Source: Dicyema japonicum (taxonomy: Eukaryota > Animalia > Dicyemida). From it: a DNA stretch of 64,000 nucleotides. Positions 1 to 13,395 of this stretch are shown in pieces. The stretch's first letter is position 1. The number at the start of each line of letters is the position of its first letter. The notes under the pieces were generated by a model. That model had not been told where the DNA came from and searched no databases. It saw only the letters and a list, made by a program, of their open reading frames with translations. The stretch spans positions 1-64,000 of the forward strand of contig RDEW01000003.1 of the NCBI GenBank assembly GCA_011109175.1, in the 5' to 3' direction. The position numbers and the translations under genes are program-made.

Positions 1-460
1 GCAACGAAATTATTCAGTTTTTCAGAGAATTTTGAAATTCTTGATCAAAATCTATTATTTTTTAAATTCAGTATTCGGCATGCTTTATTTAGGAATTTGA
101 CAATTTAGAAAATCGCAAAATTGAGGAAGAAGAGTTAAGTTACGAATTAATTTCAATGACTTCTCTAATAACCTCTTTAGGAGTCAACGATTCTGAGCAG
201 GAAGAAATATATAAGAAATTATACTCCGTCCCACATCAAGAGGAATTTGAAGAAGAAAAAGAGTAGCTTTCGTTTAATGAGGGAGATTCAAATTTTCAGC
301 TCCAGAAGAAAAGTATTTCCACTACCGAATTGGAGATGCTGGAATAGTTCCAATGGAAAGCGATGTTTTTTTAGCAAATATAAAGAAGAAAAGATCTAGG
401 GTGATAGGAAACAAAACATACATGAAATATCTTATTAAAAAAATATCTGATAAAGTTTAG
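1..460 (+). CDS. CFAP157: CFAP157-like gene, 3' exons (copy A; 5' part outside the window)
   Basis: Matches 15,057-15,521. Encodes ...FHYRIGDAGIVP..., resembling the CFAP157 C-terminal GDLGLVP motif. Stop TAG ends at 460. Confidence 0.7.
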
Positions 461-717
461 TGATGTACTAATTTTAGATTAAGAAATTCTTTAGTGAAGA
501 AATATCTTCTAATATTGTTGAAGACTAATTTTTAATGACTTTTAATAAAATAATATTTATTTCGTCCAGTAACATATGTTCGAAAGTTCACAGGGACACT
601 TTGATGTACTCAGTAAAGATCGATCGGATAATCTCTGAAATTGAGTCCTTTGCTAATTTAATCAATTGAAATGTCTCCGAAATCACTCGAATTACAACGT
701 AAGATGTTCCCTTAGAC

Positions 718-742
718 CAGTGGTTCCTAACCTGGGTTCCGC
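718..742 (+). mobile_element. hAT/Charlie-like terminal sequence (left end only); also at 15,776 and 28,763
   Basis: CAGTGGTTCCTAACCTGGGTTCCGC resembles Charlie-type hAT TIRs. No matching right TIR found in the window. Confidence 0.4.
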
Positions 743-3229
743 AATTTAATAAAAATAAAAATTTTAGTTAAAAAATTAGCACGTTATATATTTAGGCTCA
801 GTTCAAAATACGGAATAAATATTCCGGAAACTGTAGATTGCGTAATATGCAAGCCATTAATGTCAGACACCCCTATTGCTCCTGTGAGACATTTACCAAT
901 GAAGCGTTCTCATATTAAAAACAAGGATTTGGCTAACATCTGTTTATCAAAAGGAAATCGTTTGCTTTTCGTTTTTAAGGAAAATCTCCATCAATCAAGG
1001 ACTATATTGTATTCAGTTGTACTTGAAAACATCAAAGTTCATCTAAAAGCATACATGAAAACATTATTAAATATTTTCCTGAAAATTTTGATAAAGACTG
1101 GATCAAAAATCTATTCTTAGGTAGGGAGCATTTATTGAAAAATGTTCGTTGTATTTGGATATTCTAAAAAGCAAAAATTTTATTTAGGAAAGAAAGGAGA
1201 GCAAATGATCACATAGCGGCTGACTGCGTGGCTATTCTCTCTCAGGAAGACAAGTGAGATTCGCTCTAATAACCAACAGCGCTCACGAGGGTCTTCTGAT
1301 CGTGTAGAAATCCGATTCCCCGAACGTATTCTAAATTATAGACGTTAACCCAAACGGTCATTATTAACAATTTGTTTCGTTCGTTATTCTTCTCTTTTAA
1401 AAGCGTTCATAAGGAAGACTTACTGCTAGTTTCTGTTTTCAAGATAATGCTAATTATTTTTCAATTATTTTTACGTAATTTTTAATTTAGATAAAATTTA
1501 CTGATTTTATAATTTATGACAAAATCAATATATTTTTTATATAATTAATGCTTTTTGATCTAACCTTGATGACCACGGGCAGATCACGTTCTCTCGTGTC
1601 CTAGCCCGCTATATGTGTCTTCCCCGCACGTAATTAACCCTTTGGATCTCTGGGAACGTCCGTTATTGACAGTTACTGGGCAAAAGGCCTGATAGCCTCA
1701 GGTTAGTTTTTAATTATCAATTATATAAAAAGATTTAAATTGTTTGATCTTACTGGAAAAACTAATTGGTTGTTTTACAGAAAATATAAGAAAAAATATT
1801 TTAAGTCAAATAAAATTAATCAAATTAAAATTGGTCTTCAACGTGGAAGTATTCTCCTTTCCAGTTTTTTCTGAACAATTGACCATTTCCGTATACTCTG
1901 TAAACGTATGTCCCGTCAAGATTTACATATACGACATGTTCTCTAACATGATTATTTCTTCTTTTTTAAATAAAATAAGCTAAGAATTTTTCATGTAACA
2001 ATCTCATTAGCTCAAAAAAACATCAAGGAAAACTTCTGATAGTGTCATCATAAACATTCTAAAAACTTCTGGAAACAGTTGATAAAACATTAACATTATT
2101 TCTACGCAAACAATTGGGTTTATTGTCGTATGATACACCATGAATGCTATAAATATGTCAACGTCGGTCACCTCGGGATGGTTATTTAAAAAGTATAGAA
2201 AAACTTCTATATCCAACATGTTTGGGTATTCTAAATTATAGACGTTAATCCAACAGGTCATTTTTAACAATTTGTTCGTTCGTATTCTTCTCTTTTATAG
2301 GCGTTCATAAGGAAGACTTAACTGCTACTTCCTGTTTGTCGGTATATTTAAAATTCAATTTCAATTTATAGTTTCTAATTTACTGAGCCACTATGGAAAT
2401 TCCCTCAACTTATCAATGAAATCACCCTACATCAACTACTACGGGCCGATCTAAAACAAACCTAAAGAAGATCGCCTTCCATGCAACAGTTACACAAATC
2501 CTCCAACGTTTTTCGACTATCCTGTTACGACCAACACTATCCGAAACTCTTATGAAGAGAACGGAAGATCAAATAATAACCCCGAAAAACCGGTGTGTTC
2601 CCCAAGTTTATAGAATGTCTGTTTGGTCGCGGGAGGAATATTGAGAAAAGTTGATAAGGCATCTAAGCAAAGCAGGAATCACCTAGTGGACTGTATAATA
2701 AAGACCCTTGGAAAATCTAGTATAGTGGTGAGATCAAAAAGCTTTTATGTTTATTCTCAACTCAATGAGCTTAATTATAAGCTGAACACACTAATTAACT
2801 GGCTGATATTTCATGTCTTTTTCATGGCACCACCTTCTCCGACTATTCAGAGGATACCACATGTTGTGTTGCGAATGAGGAATCAGGGTTAACAAATTCC
2901 ACTCCATTGAGTTTTATTTGTAGCCTATTAGGTAATGTACCAGTGATGTCCAACATTACTACGGACACCAAATCGAAGAATTTCGTCAACATACCTCCGA
3001 ATTCTTTGGTAGTTTACGGGACTGATTATTTCGCTACTAGGTGACGCCGTGTGGGCTTTAGTTCGGAAGATCTGTAAAACTTTAAAACACTGAAGTAGAT
3101 TTTGGAGAGATTCGAGGAAGATTCTTGTACTGTAAGCCAAATTATTATTTATTATAAGCAACATGCGTAAAATCATAATAGTTATAATTTCACTCGTGCA
3201 GCATTCAAAATAATCCTCTGACCAACTTC

Positions 3230-4410
3230 GTCTAACCTCCTCGATCGTAAGAAAATTTCCTTAGCTCGTCCAGGTCGTCTCCAATTTTTAGACTGTTGTT
3301 CACGAGCTTTAGATCTCCGTCAAGTGTTTCGTAGTACGTCCACGAAAACACGGTCCCTGTCTCATGAAGAAATCCTCCATTGATATTCTGGAGCACCCAA
3401 GTCCATACTTAAGATATGTCCAAATAGCCTCTAACGCATATCAACAATTTCGAGACTCAGTGGACTCGTATAACACCTCTTATATAGTGATTCCTTGTTT
3501 AATCTTGCTGGCCAGTTCAGTCCTAGTAAGGATCTAAGTTGTCTTTGATGGAAAGAGTCAATTCCAAGTTGTTCAGTTTTGGACGTCCCTAAGGTCGATG
3601 AATTGTATATTAGGATCGGCTTGACAAAGGCTTCACACAATCTCAAACTAAGTGATGTGCAGGATCGTCGTTTGTCAATCCACTCTTTCTTCAACTTGTT
3701 CATCTTTACCCAAGCGATGGCCTTCCTTCTGGCAATATTTTGACTGTCTCCAGGTAAAGAGCCAAGTTTTTTTCGTTTTTCGCCATGTTTCACTTGATCT
3801 GCTTTCCATTCTCCTGATTTCCACAATGTCGGATTTTGCGGTGTTCATTCCAAGGAATCACCAATTTGTTTTTTGACACAAAGAAGACGTCGTCCGCGTA
3901 AGCAATTTCGACGATGTTGTAATGAGTACCAACATTGCACGTAAATTCACAGAAAAACGTCTTACCGACCCGCACTCTGAGCTTCGTGCTAGCTAGCAAC
4001 ACTCTGATCATAATGACAGAACCAGGGTCCAAGAATTGTTCCAGTATCCTGATAAGTAGACCACAGCGGACCGTGTCAAAGGCCCTAGAGAAGTCTATTC
4101 CCAGGACTGTTGTTGCACTTTCAAATCTCTGGTTGATAGCGCAGCGCCACTTGTTGCTCATACTACATCAGCAGTGGATCTTCCTGTCCTGAATCCACTG
4201 TGACTAGGGGATAGATAGTTGTCAACTTGTTCTCTGATTCGGTTTAACGTAACTAATGCCAGAAGTTTCTGTAAGGTGTTTAGCAGGATTATTGGACGTA
4301 GGTTTTCAACAGGACCAGCATGCTTGTTAGAGTTTCCATTTTCTTTGATCCCAAATAGCTGAAATTTCGGATAGACAAATTGCCAAGATCAGTAATCAAA
4401 TGTGGGAATA
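3230..4410 (-). mobile_element. RTE/RTE-X non-LTR retrotransposon fragment with an internally deleted RT (copy A)
   Basis: Minus-strand motifs GPVENLRPIILLN, SGFRTGRSTADVV, GIDFSRAFDTV, YADD, KPILIYNSST and a C-terminal LDELRKFSYDR. The PQG motif between NVGT and YADD is missing. Confidence 0.88.
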
Positions 4411-4414
4411 CCAC

Positions 4415-4900
4415 GTTTAAACATTTTTTAATTAGTCGCAGAGGACAAGGTCTCCATTATGGCCTGCATGCATTAAACACGCAAAGCGAGTCACTCCTCA
4501 TGATTGCCAAGCCGTCCAATTAACCTGATTAACTCAGACGTGCTCGGACCAAGAACGCCAGACGCCTCAACGGAGATCGGCTGGAATACGAACAGATCAG
4601 TAATTCCGCAGTACTTTCCCCTTTTCGAATCTTTAGTATTACTCGCTGCAGAAGCCGTGCGCAACGACGACTTGATCAGATTTACGGCTGAGAAAGTGTC
4701 CTTGCACGTTGAATCCCAAACAAATCACCTCCCTTGGCTACACAGCGAAATCGTTAGCCATCCATCCTCTTGCCGTCACCTCTGTGAATTCCGACGAGTT
4801 CCAGAATACAAGTAAACCTGGTGTCTTCGATAGCCCTCCTGACAGTCGAATTCAACGGCGTGACGAGAGATCTCCCTTGCGAATCTTTGGCAAAAAGTAA
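4415..4900 (-). mobile_element. CRE-clade retrotransposon 3' fragment (restriction-like endonuclease domain), copy A
   Basis: GIHRGDGKRMDG...FVWDSTCKDTFS...FQPISVEASGVLGP parallels the RLE of the 40.7-43.7 kb element. Short A tail at about 4,415-4,420. Confidence 0.85.
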
Positions 4901-5034
4901 AATATCGTGAATTATTAATAAGAATATACTCGTTATTCTGTTTGAATTATGAATAATTGTGAAATTTTTATTATTCAGTTTATTATGAAGAATTATTAGA
5001 TTAGGAGCGTTTTCAATTATTATTATTAATAGCA

Positions 5035-5500
5035 TCCCTTTCAACAGATGTCAAAGGATCTTGGGTGTGACAATTGATATGCATCTCTGTTTAACACCAC
5101 ACGTAGAAAATATTCTATTGAAATGCGAGAAGAAACTGAACGTATTGAAAAGTTTATCGGGAATATGGAAGAGTGGTACTCACCCAGTCTTGATGAACGT
5201 GTACAACAGTACATCGAGCCATGTTTCTCAAATGCATGCGCCTCATGGGGACCGTCCATATCTTGGACAAATATTAGGAAAATTGAGGAAATGAAAAAAA
5301 GAGCTTACAGAGTAACGAAGCGTTGGATTTGTGAAGATCACAGAACCGGAGGCCCTAATGAGACTAGACTCCAGATCACGGGAAGGTGGCCCTGAAAATT
5401 CAGGCAGTCGTCCTATACGTTCATGCGCGGGCACGAAGGAAGAACACCAGGCAAAGATGAGGTCTCTATTAGAATGCATCGTAATCACGTGATAATTAGT
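5035..5500 (+). mobile_element. I/Jockey-like LINE RT C-terminal fragment (copy A only)
   Basis: ILGVTIDMHLCLTPHVENILLKCEKKLNVLKSL...QYIEPCFSNACASWGP, related to the fragment at 44,048-44,539. Confidence 0.8.
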
Positions 5501-6129
5501 TTGGTTTTACCGTGGTCTTGGGTTAAATAAATAAAAAAATAAGTAAACATAGAGTCATATTGACAATGATCCAATACATGCTGTTTGACAGATGATCTTC
5601 AAGTTTTTTCAATTTTCGACTGAAAAATGTCAATTGGTCGGTAATATAGTGATGACACATGGGTGGTGACAGACTCAGAATACTTCGGAAACCCGAAGTT
5701 TTGAAGAAATTGTATATACTTGATCTAAAGAAAAAGTAAAAATAGTTTTCTACCGTTTATGATAGCAGTTTTATTATAGTAAAAAATCCTTCATAATGAG
5801 GTTACATGATGTCACCACATCCATACGAAGAATATGCTCAAAAAGTCGCCAAAAGATTTTAACACTTCTTGGCTCACGTTTGTATATCTCATAAAAAATC
5901 TCGTTTTTAATTTCTCCGGTCAGTAGATGTCTAATATTTCTTTCTGCTATGCTATCTTTTAAGATCCGCTTTCAGCGTTCCCCACGTGTCTGAGTCTTAC
6001 AGTTTACGAATGCATTTAACTCCAGAATGTACATCATTTTTCTGTGCCTTTGGCGTAGCAGTAAGTCATCGATGGCTCCAAACGATATTAACGGTTAATC
6101 TTCCCCGTCTAAATCTGTTTTAATTTGAC

Positions 6130-6370
6130 TTAATTTAATTTATTAATCCAATTCAGTAGTTTCTTAGCGTGGCGCGGTGATCCAACATCGAGTCCACACA
6201 AGCATATATTAGAGATGTTGGAGTTCCAAAAATCCATTGGTCTGTCACTCTGTATGTTCTTTTCTGTGCGATCGTATCTTAAGGGAATTGGTCCAAGAGA
6301 TGAATGGATCCCAGGAAGCACATACATAGGCGATGCATTGTTCAATGAACTGTTTGTAGACAGAATTCAG
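6130..6370 (-). mobile_element. Second, inverted fragment of the same LINE family (copy A only)
   Basis: Minus strand reads CASWDPFISWTNSLKI, matching ACASWGPSISWTNIRKI at about 5,230-5,290. Confidence 0.65.
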
Positions 6371-7502
6371 GACTGACAATAGTTAGGCCACATCAAGCTT
6401 ATCTCCCCCCTCCCCATGAATAAAGAAGTCTTCCGACATGAAGACCCTTAGTTAAAATTTTCCGTTAGTTTCTTCAATTTCTACCGCCTTTGTTGCTTGT
6501 ATTGCACCCAAACGCCGTATTTTCATGCTTGGGTCGCCGCATACGATCAGGTTTTTGCAGAACTCCGTCATCTTTTTTCATTTCTCGAAACATTTGCTGC
6601 AGAGCCTTCAATTATGACTCATCCATTTTGTTTGAACGTCTATTACCACAAATTAACATTAGGGAGATCCAATGACTTAGATTTCACGTTTTTAGATCAT
6701 ATCTGTGAAACAAAGGTGTTTCCGTCCCAACAACCGGCTTTCCGCTTATCTTATCTTCAAAGCTTAGGGGGAGGGGGTTTCAAAGTTTGACCTTTTTCTC
6801 GTTTATAATGAAGATATCGACTACTTTGACCGCCATCAGAAAAGGTTGTTCTCTGTTTTTATTCTTAGCACAAGATTTTCAGACCATGGATTATTTTTAC
6901 ATAGTTCTCTGGGCCCTCCAGAACCAGAGCCATTATTTTTTAGTAAATTCACCTCCGACTGAAAACCATTGTCTTCCTTCTTACCGTGAACCTGGAAGAG
7001 ATGATTGACTCGGAGACATCGGAAACTCCAATTTCTGAAAAAAGGAATTTTCGGGTGAACGTAAGATCCGGATTCTATTCCGTCCAACCAAAAATTAGAA
7101 GAACTTGAAGGATCAAAAAATCAAAATCAGATTTTAATTTAGCCAATTTGATGGCTTCAAATTTTTTAAACAAATAAGAAGAATAACTTAAAATATGACT
7201 AATATCCAAATCCATGAATTCAAATCGTTAATATTAGAATATTTCCTTAGAAATTACTCTTGCTCTTTGTCCGTTGAAAAAGTTTCCAAACCAAATTTTC
7301 AATTTTTTGGAACGTTAGAGCCAAAATATTCCTAGTGAGTAATTTCCTCTGAATCGAGTCAAAAGTTTTCCGTGGTTTCAAAAAACGTAGAACCACATGT
7401 TAGAACAATTCATGAATGATTGAAATTTATTAATGAATTTACTCTTTATTAAAATAAAATAAATATTTAAAAATAAATCTTTTTGTGTTCATTGATTCGT
7501 TT

Positions 7503-10500
7503 ATGAGTACGGAAATACTGGAAGAGGATAATGACAATAACAATCGAGACATACAAATACCCGGTGATTTAACAGACTTTCAAGCTTCTGTCCACTTATT
7601 TCAGTTAATTTACGACCGCAGGGGTGCGAGAAAACGAAGATTATCTGAAGCATTCTTAATTTTGCCTTCAAAAGAGGTTCTTTATTCTAATAAATAATAG
7701 GAAAATCCTGAATATTACCAAATTATCACAAATCCAATGGATATGAAGTCGGTCGCCTGCAGTATTAAGAAACGTGATAAATCCTTCCCAGAAGTTGTGA
7801 GTGGTCTAAAGCTTATATTTGACAACGCCATGTATTACAACGAGGCTGACTCTCAAATTCATAAAGTACTATATTTATAAATGAAGGATGCCAATACACT
7901 AAAAAACACAATTTCCTCTTTTATTGAGGACCCACATGCTTATAATCTGAACAGAGATCCCTCTTCGTTTTACAAATTGGTAGCTGATCTTCAAAGCAGT
8001 GACGAAGACGGAAAAACAGATGACGAAGAATGCAATAGTTCTGATTCCCAAGGTCCCTTAGATTCCGTCCCCTCACAGAGTTTGCTTCAGCAAATTATTT
8101 TTCTCATTCAAAGTCGGATCGATGAGTTGTATAAACTTTAAACATTGTAGTCCCAGCTACGTGTTAGACGAGGGAAAAGTCACTAAGGAAATGGATGAAT
8201 TTAGTAAACAAAAATTTCGAAATTTGGGAGAAATGCGTGCAAAATTTTCATTATTTTTGGAAAATAACCCAAGTCTTGACTTTAATTTCTCCCTTTCTTC
8301 TGAAGCTCAGAGATTATTTGCCGAGTACGATCGCCTCTATACAAAATTGAATGACGCATTTCATCACCTTTTATTAGTACAGGGAATTTTTAGTTTTAGG
8401 ACATTGAAGAGTCTACTATTTTGCATATTCAGAAAATCCCCGAAAAATCGAAGAATTCTGATTATTATAAAGTTGTAGACAAGCCAATTGACCTGAAAAT
8501 GATTTTTTCTAAGATTAACCGGGTAGAGGTACTGATTGGCTATATTTGCAGTATAACCACGTGAGTGAGATGATCAACGATTTCAAATTACTGATAAGAA
8601 ATGTCAGAGTCTATAACCGGGCCAAAGTCTCAAATCGTTCAGGACCTTACTGTTCTTTCTAATAGACTGGAGAAGTTCAAATCTTCCAAAAGTTCAAAAA
8701 TGAGGTTATTTAAACAAAACATCCAGAATTGATAATCATAGCTCAGTGCAGTCTGCCCTCTCTATGCTTTATAAAAATCTCACATCTTTGACTGATGACG
8801 ATAACCGACGATTGTCTACTCCCTTCAAGACCCTTCCTTCAAAAATTGTAATATTGATTGATAATTTGTAGAAATTTAGGGAATACTACGAAATAATATC
8901 CCAACCTATCGATTTAAAAACAATTAAAGATAACATTTCTAAGAATTATTATGCAAAAATTGAGGATGGGTTCAGCGATTTTAAGAAAATGTTGGACAAT
9001 GCGCTCTTTTTTAATGATCCACGCTCTCAAATATACAGGGTTAGGACTGACTACTTAATCTAGGATACTTTACAATTATATCATTTACTAGTGGAAAATA
9101 TTTCACATTATTATAGGCAAACAAGGTTATTGCCTGATCATCAAGTCGAAACTTTTCTAGTCTTTGTGGCAATTTTCGTAAATACTTATAACCTAAAGGT
9201 GAAATTATCAGATAAATATTAGGATGAGGAATCTGTGTGTTCAGATAGTCTGTCATCAAAGGAAGTTGAGTTTTACACTGATTTGTACGATGACGAATTC
9301 GACGCCTTCTCCAAGTCTCAGATATTAGAGCACAAGTAAGTAATATTCTCTACTTAGAAATTACTTAAGTTGGGATAAAATTGCCAAACGTTTATTTGAG
9401 GTATTAAGATGTATTATTTTAGGGATTTTACCGAAGATTGGATGCATTTCAGAATGATATACTCACAACCATAGAATACGGCATTCAATTCTCACAGTCA
9501 GAATCGATGGTTGCTTGTTTTGTAAAGTTAGATGTATAACTATTCAATCAAACTAAGAAAATTCTACTATGATTGTAGAGACAAAATGACTGAGAAAGGG
9601 AAGGTGCTATGGTCTCCAGCATTGAAGAATACCGCCTCGAATGATTCGCTTTTTCTTCCAAAGGCAGATTCTGGAATAGAATTAGTATTATTGCTTATAT
9701 ACTCCAGGACACATTCCTGTCTATAAGCCTTAATGGGGACTCATATTCTGTAGGGGATTACGTATATATCAGATTAAAGTTAGTCTTGTAGTTATCCCAG
9801 TACAGGGCATAAACGAATTATGCTGATTTTAAATTTATTTAATTATTCTAACACGACTTTTGCCAGAGGACCCACATTTTATTACCCACATGAAGTTTTG
9901 AAGATGTGTGAGGAAATTGGGAGTTTAAAAGCTATGAATCAGGTTTTTGCTTTGTTTTACTCCAAGGAAGTTTTCAAAGCAGTTGAGAATTCTGAAATAT
10001 CTGTTCAGTTTTTTGAGGGAAAGTGTTTTATTTTATGCATAAATGATTACTATAATTTGTACCCACAAGTTTCAACCGTGTATTTACTGTAGAATTTTGA
10101 TAGTGGGGATGTGTTTGTGTGTGAGTTCTCATTCTGTTTAAAGAATAAAAAATTTATAAAAATTGATGTTTTCAGTTTGTTTTATATTTAGAATTGGGAT
10201 ACTATTTCTAGTTCTGTGAAACTCATTCAGAGGAATACTAGTGTGGACAATTTTCGTCATGATTTCAATTCCGAGTCTTTTTCTTACATGTCTAATGTAT
10301 TACTAACCTTGCATGTTTAGTTTAATATATATTCGAAATTAATTGAAAGAAAGCAGCACTACATTCAAATCAACGGTCCATCTTTGATGGGACTTTTAAG
10401 AATTGGTAGGTTTTATGTTCATTTCAGGCTTTTCTTACTTGATCAGAGTGGGGGATGTGGATAAATGTATTTTGTGCGAGCAAATTTGGATGTTTAAAAC

Positions 10501-11699
10501 AGTTTGTAATATTTAGTGAAGAAAATGGTGAAACCTATATTGAAGGAGTAATATATGATTTTATGCAAAATTATGTGTCTTCTAATTTGTCTCCCAGTGG
10601 ATTTTTTCAAGTAATACTAACGCCTTTTCGACATCGGTGTTCACTCAACCATGTTAAGTGCCGAGTTGATATTGTTGGGTTTAACAAATTCTGTTCATGT
10701 ATGTGTTTTGACTTTATATTAGCTCGATCAACCGAGATCCCTAATTACAGAGTTTTATTGTGTCGTGACGCTGTTCACAATGATTTGATTGTCCCTCTTC
10801 CTAATGATTACATTTTGCCCAAAATTTTGGTTTTGAATCTAATGCTTTTTCAAACAAGATGAGATTTTTCACTTCTCGGGACCTTTCCCTTTTCTGTACG
10901 ATTAATATTCATTTTCTCAGCAATTCGTTTCATGCGGTGAAATGAATAGCGTTTATGCTGCAGATGCAGTGATGCCGATGACTATATTGACAAATTCTTT
11001 TAGTCATCAACTTTATGGGCATAATTTGGATGCTATTATGAGTAATTGTGGATTATATTGTTAGATACCCCCACATCTTTTATGCCAAAGAAACGAAGAG
11101 GAAGGAAAGTTCATAATTTAATGTTAAGTGGTAGAGTAAATCTTTTCTGAGGGATCTTCAAGCTGAACAAGGTAGACCACCGCTCAAACTAGAAATGCAT
11201 CGGTGTGTGACAGATATTCAGGAGTTACATAGTTGCTTACTATTTTATTTGAAGATCAACCACCTCCCTCGCAAATTAAAAAAATATCTGATTCAGGTTC
11301 CACTGGTTTTTCTATCCAACGACAAACTCATTCTGATTTCCAATCACGGATACCTAATCTTTCTGTTTGTGCGAACACTTTGATGTCGAATTATCCATGT
11401 AAAATGAACGTCCCTGACGAATCCCCTAAGTCTCAAGTGCGACCTGAATTGTTGGATGTTTATGGAAAATTCATAGAAATAATGAAAAATAAGAGAAAAT
11501 TATTAAGCGATTGGGATTCTATTTGAATTTTGGTATTAGAGACCTTAAGCGTCCAATTGATGCTCGTGTTGCTGAAATTTTGTTACAACAAGATTTGGGG
11601 GGATTGAGTCAAGAACAAATTGCTGTTAAATTGGTGCAATATAGGGACCAGTTAATTGCTGATTTAATTAGTATCTCTTCTTGTATTAATAAAATGTAA
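7503..11699 (+). CDS. PBRM1: Polybromo-1/BAF180 (several bromodomains, two BAH domains, conserved C-terminus), copy A; many short introns
   Basis: Bromodomain segments (NPEYYQIITNPMDM...FDNAMYYN; EYYEIISQPIDL...DNALFFN), BAH (KEVFKA...GKCFILCINDYYNLYPQNFDSGDVFVCE) and C-terminus VYGKFIE...WDSYL...YRDQLIAD. First intron 7,677-7,700 (24 nt). Apparent 1-nt indels near 8,617 and 11,520. Confidence 0.9.
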
Positions 11700-11798
11700 T
11701 CTTTATTTTCAAAATATGAATTAGTAAGCAGTTCTCGTGATTGAGCGAATTATCACTTGCAATTTGTAAGGAAATGGTTTCGATTAACTATATAATTA

Positions 11799-13384
11799 CA
11801 GTCGAAAAAACATTTCTTCTTTCATTAATACCGGATCAGTCATTTCAAGATTAATTCAAATAGATGAAGTTAAACAAGTTTCTAATGAAGTCAATCAATT
11901 TGAAAAACTTGACGAATTAACTTTTAATGCTTTTCGTCGTTTGAGGGATGATTCCTTTTCTATTTCTGGTACTTTAATCAAAGCCATCGCGAAAAAAATA
12001 TCGACAAAATTGAATTATTCAACATCTTTTAAAGCCTCAAACGGTTGGTTAGACAGATTTAAGAAGAGACATGATCTGGTTTTTAAAGCCATTTGTGGTG
12101 AAAAAAATTCAGCAGATAAAAGTAATTTGGCAAATTTTTTCTTTCAATTCGATAATTTGTTGAAAACTTATGGTCATGAAAATATTTTTAACTGTGATGA
12201 AACATCTTTGTATGTTAAAAAATTTCCTTCAAGATCTTATGTCGAATCTATAGAAACATGTCATGGTACAAAATTCAGTAAAAAAAGAGTAACAGTTCTC
12301 CTTTGCTGTAATGCATCAGGAAATAAATTAAGACCCCTTGTTATTGGAAAATACAAATCACCTCGTTGTATGAAAAGTTTGCTTAATTATATTTTAACAT
12401 AGATTTTGATTGTGAAAAATTCGGTATTTTATATGCAGCGTCAAAAAATTCCTGGATGAATAGAGAAATTTTCAAAATGTGGCTTTCAAAGATTAACGAC
12501 GACTTTCTCTCACAAGATAGAAAAATACTTTTAATAATGGATATTACTACATGACATTATTTATTGGAATACTCAAATGTTAAATTGTTTTTTCTTCCGA
12601 AAAAGACAACATCTTTGATTCAACCTTTAGACATGGGTATAATAAAGTGTTTTAAAGTACATTACATAAACTTCCTAATGGATTTTATGCTCAATTTGGA
12701 AGAAGATACAACAATTAATCTTAAATTTTTAAAAAAAATATAGATATGCGACAGATTATGGTACTTGCTAAAAAGGCGTGGATGGAAGTTAAAGAAACAA
12801 CAGTAATTAATTGTTGGAAGAAAATTGAGGAAAATAAAGAAGAATCAGTTGAAGATAAAAATTGTGGGGAAGAACTCCTGGAAGAAATAGTAACTGAAGT
12901 AATATCTGAAGAAAACGAAGATCTAGTCAAGAGTTGCGAGTTTTATAATGGAGTTAACACAGGGGACAAAACAACGATGTCAGAAACTTATGAAATGATG
13001 GATAAGTTAGAAAATGTAGCGCAAAATACATCTTTTGAGACACTCCAAAAATATTATGAGTTTAGATTTCAGCTTGGAAAAGATTTAAGAAATAAGAAAA
13101 ATTTGAAATTGACTGATTATTTCAAAAAATGTTTTAAAAATAATGATTTATTAATTAATCAAAGTCAAATAAAAAACATAGAATAGAAATCTATCAAACT
13201 ATGAAGCAAAAAAGCACAACTTATTATATAAACACTTTGGAAGATGTGAGAAGTTCTTTGTTTGCAAAGTAAACAAAAATGGAAGTTAAATGAACTATAA
13301 TTCAATAGTTTGAACCAAACCCCGGTTTGGAAGGGCACCTCCGCTTTTTGGGGCACTTTGATGACCCACCCCGGGGTTCGACTG
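11799..13384 (+). mobile_element. Tigger/pogo transposon with CENP-B HTH + DDE transposase containing a 26-nt intron (copy A); left end uncertain
   Basis: FKASNGWLDRFKKRH, IFNCDET, SWMNREIF and IQPLDMGII motifs. Right TIR ...CCCCGGGGTTCGACTG|TA. Only an 8-bp TA|CAGTCGAA match on the left. In-frame stop near the second catalytic D (MDITT*H). Confidence 0.9.
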
Positions 13385-13395
13385 TAATTAACACA

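Noticed and set aside
8146-8160. TGTAGTCCCAGCTAC, identical to a 7SL/Alu motif
   Set aside because: Only 15 nt, inside PBRM1 coding sequence (HCSPSY), with no further SRP similarity.
13376-13384. GGTTCGACT as a Pol III B box
   Set aside because: It is the end of the Tigger right TIR (GGTTCGACTG|TA).
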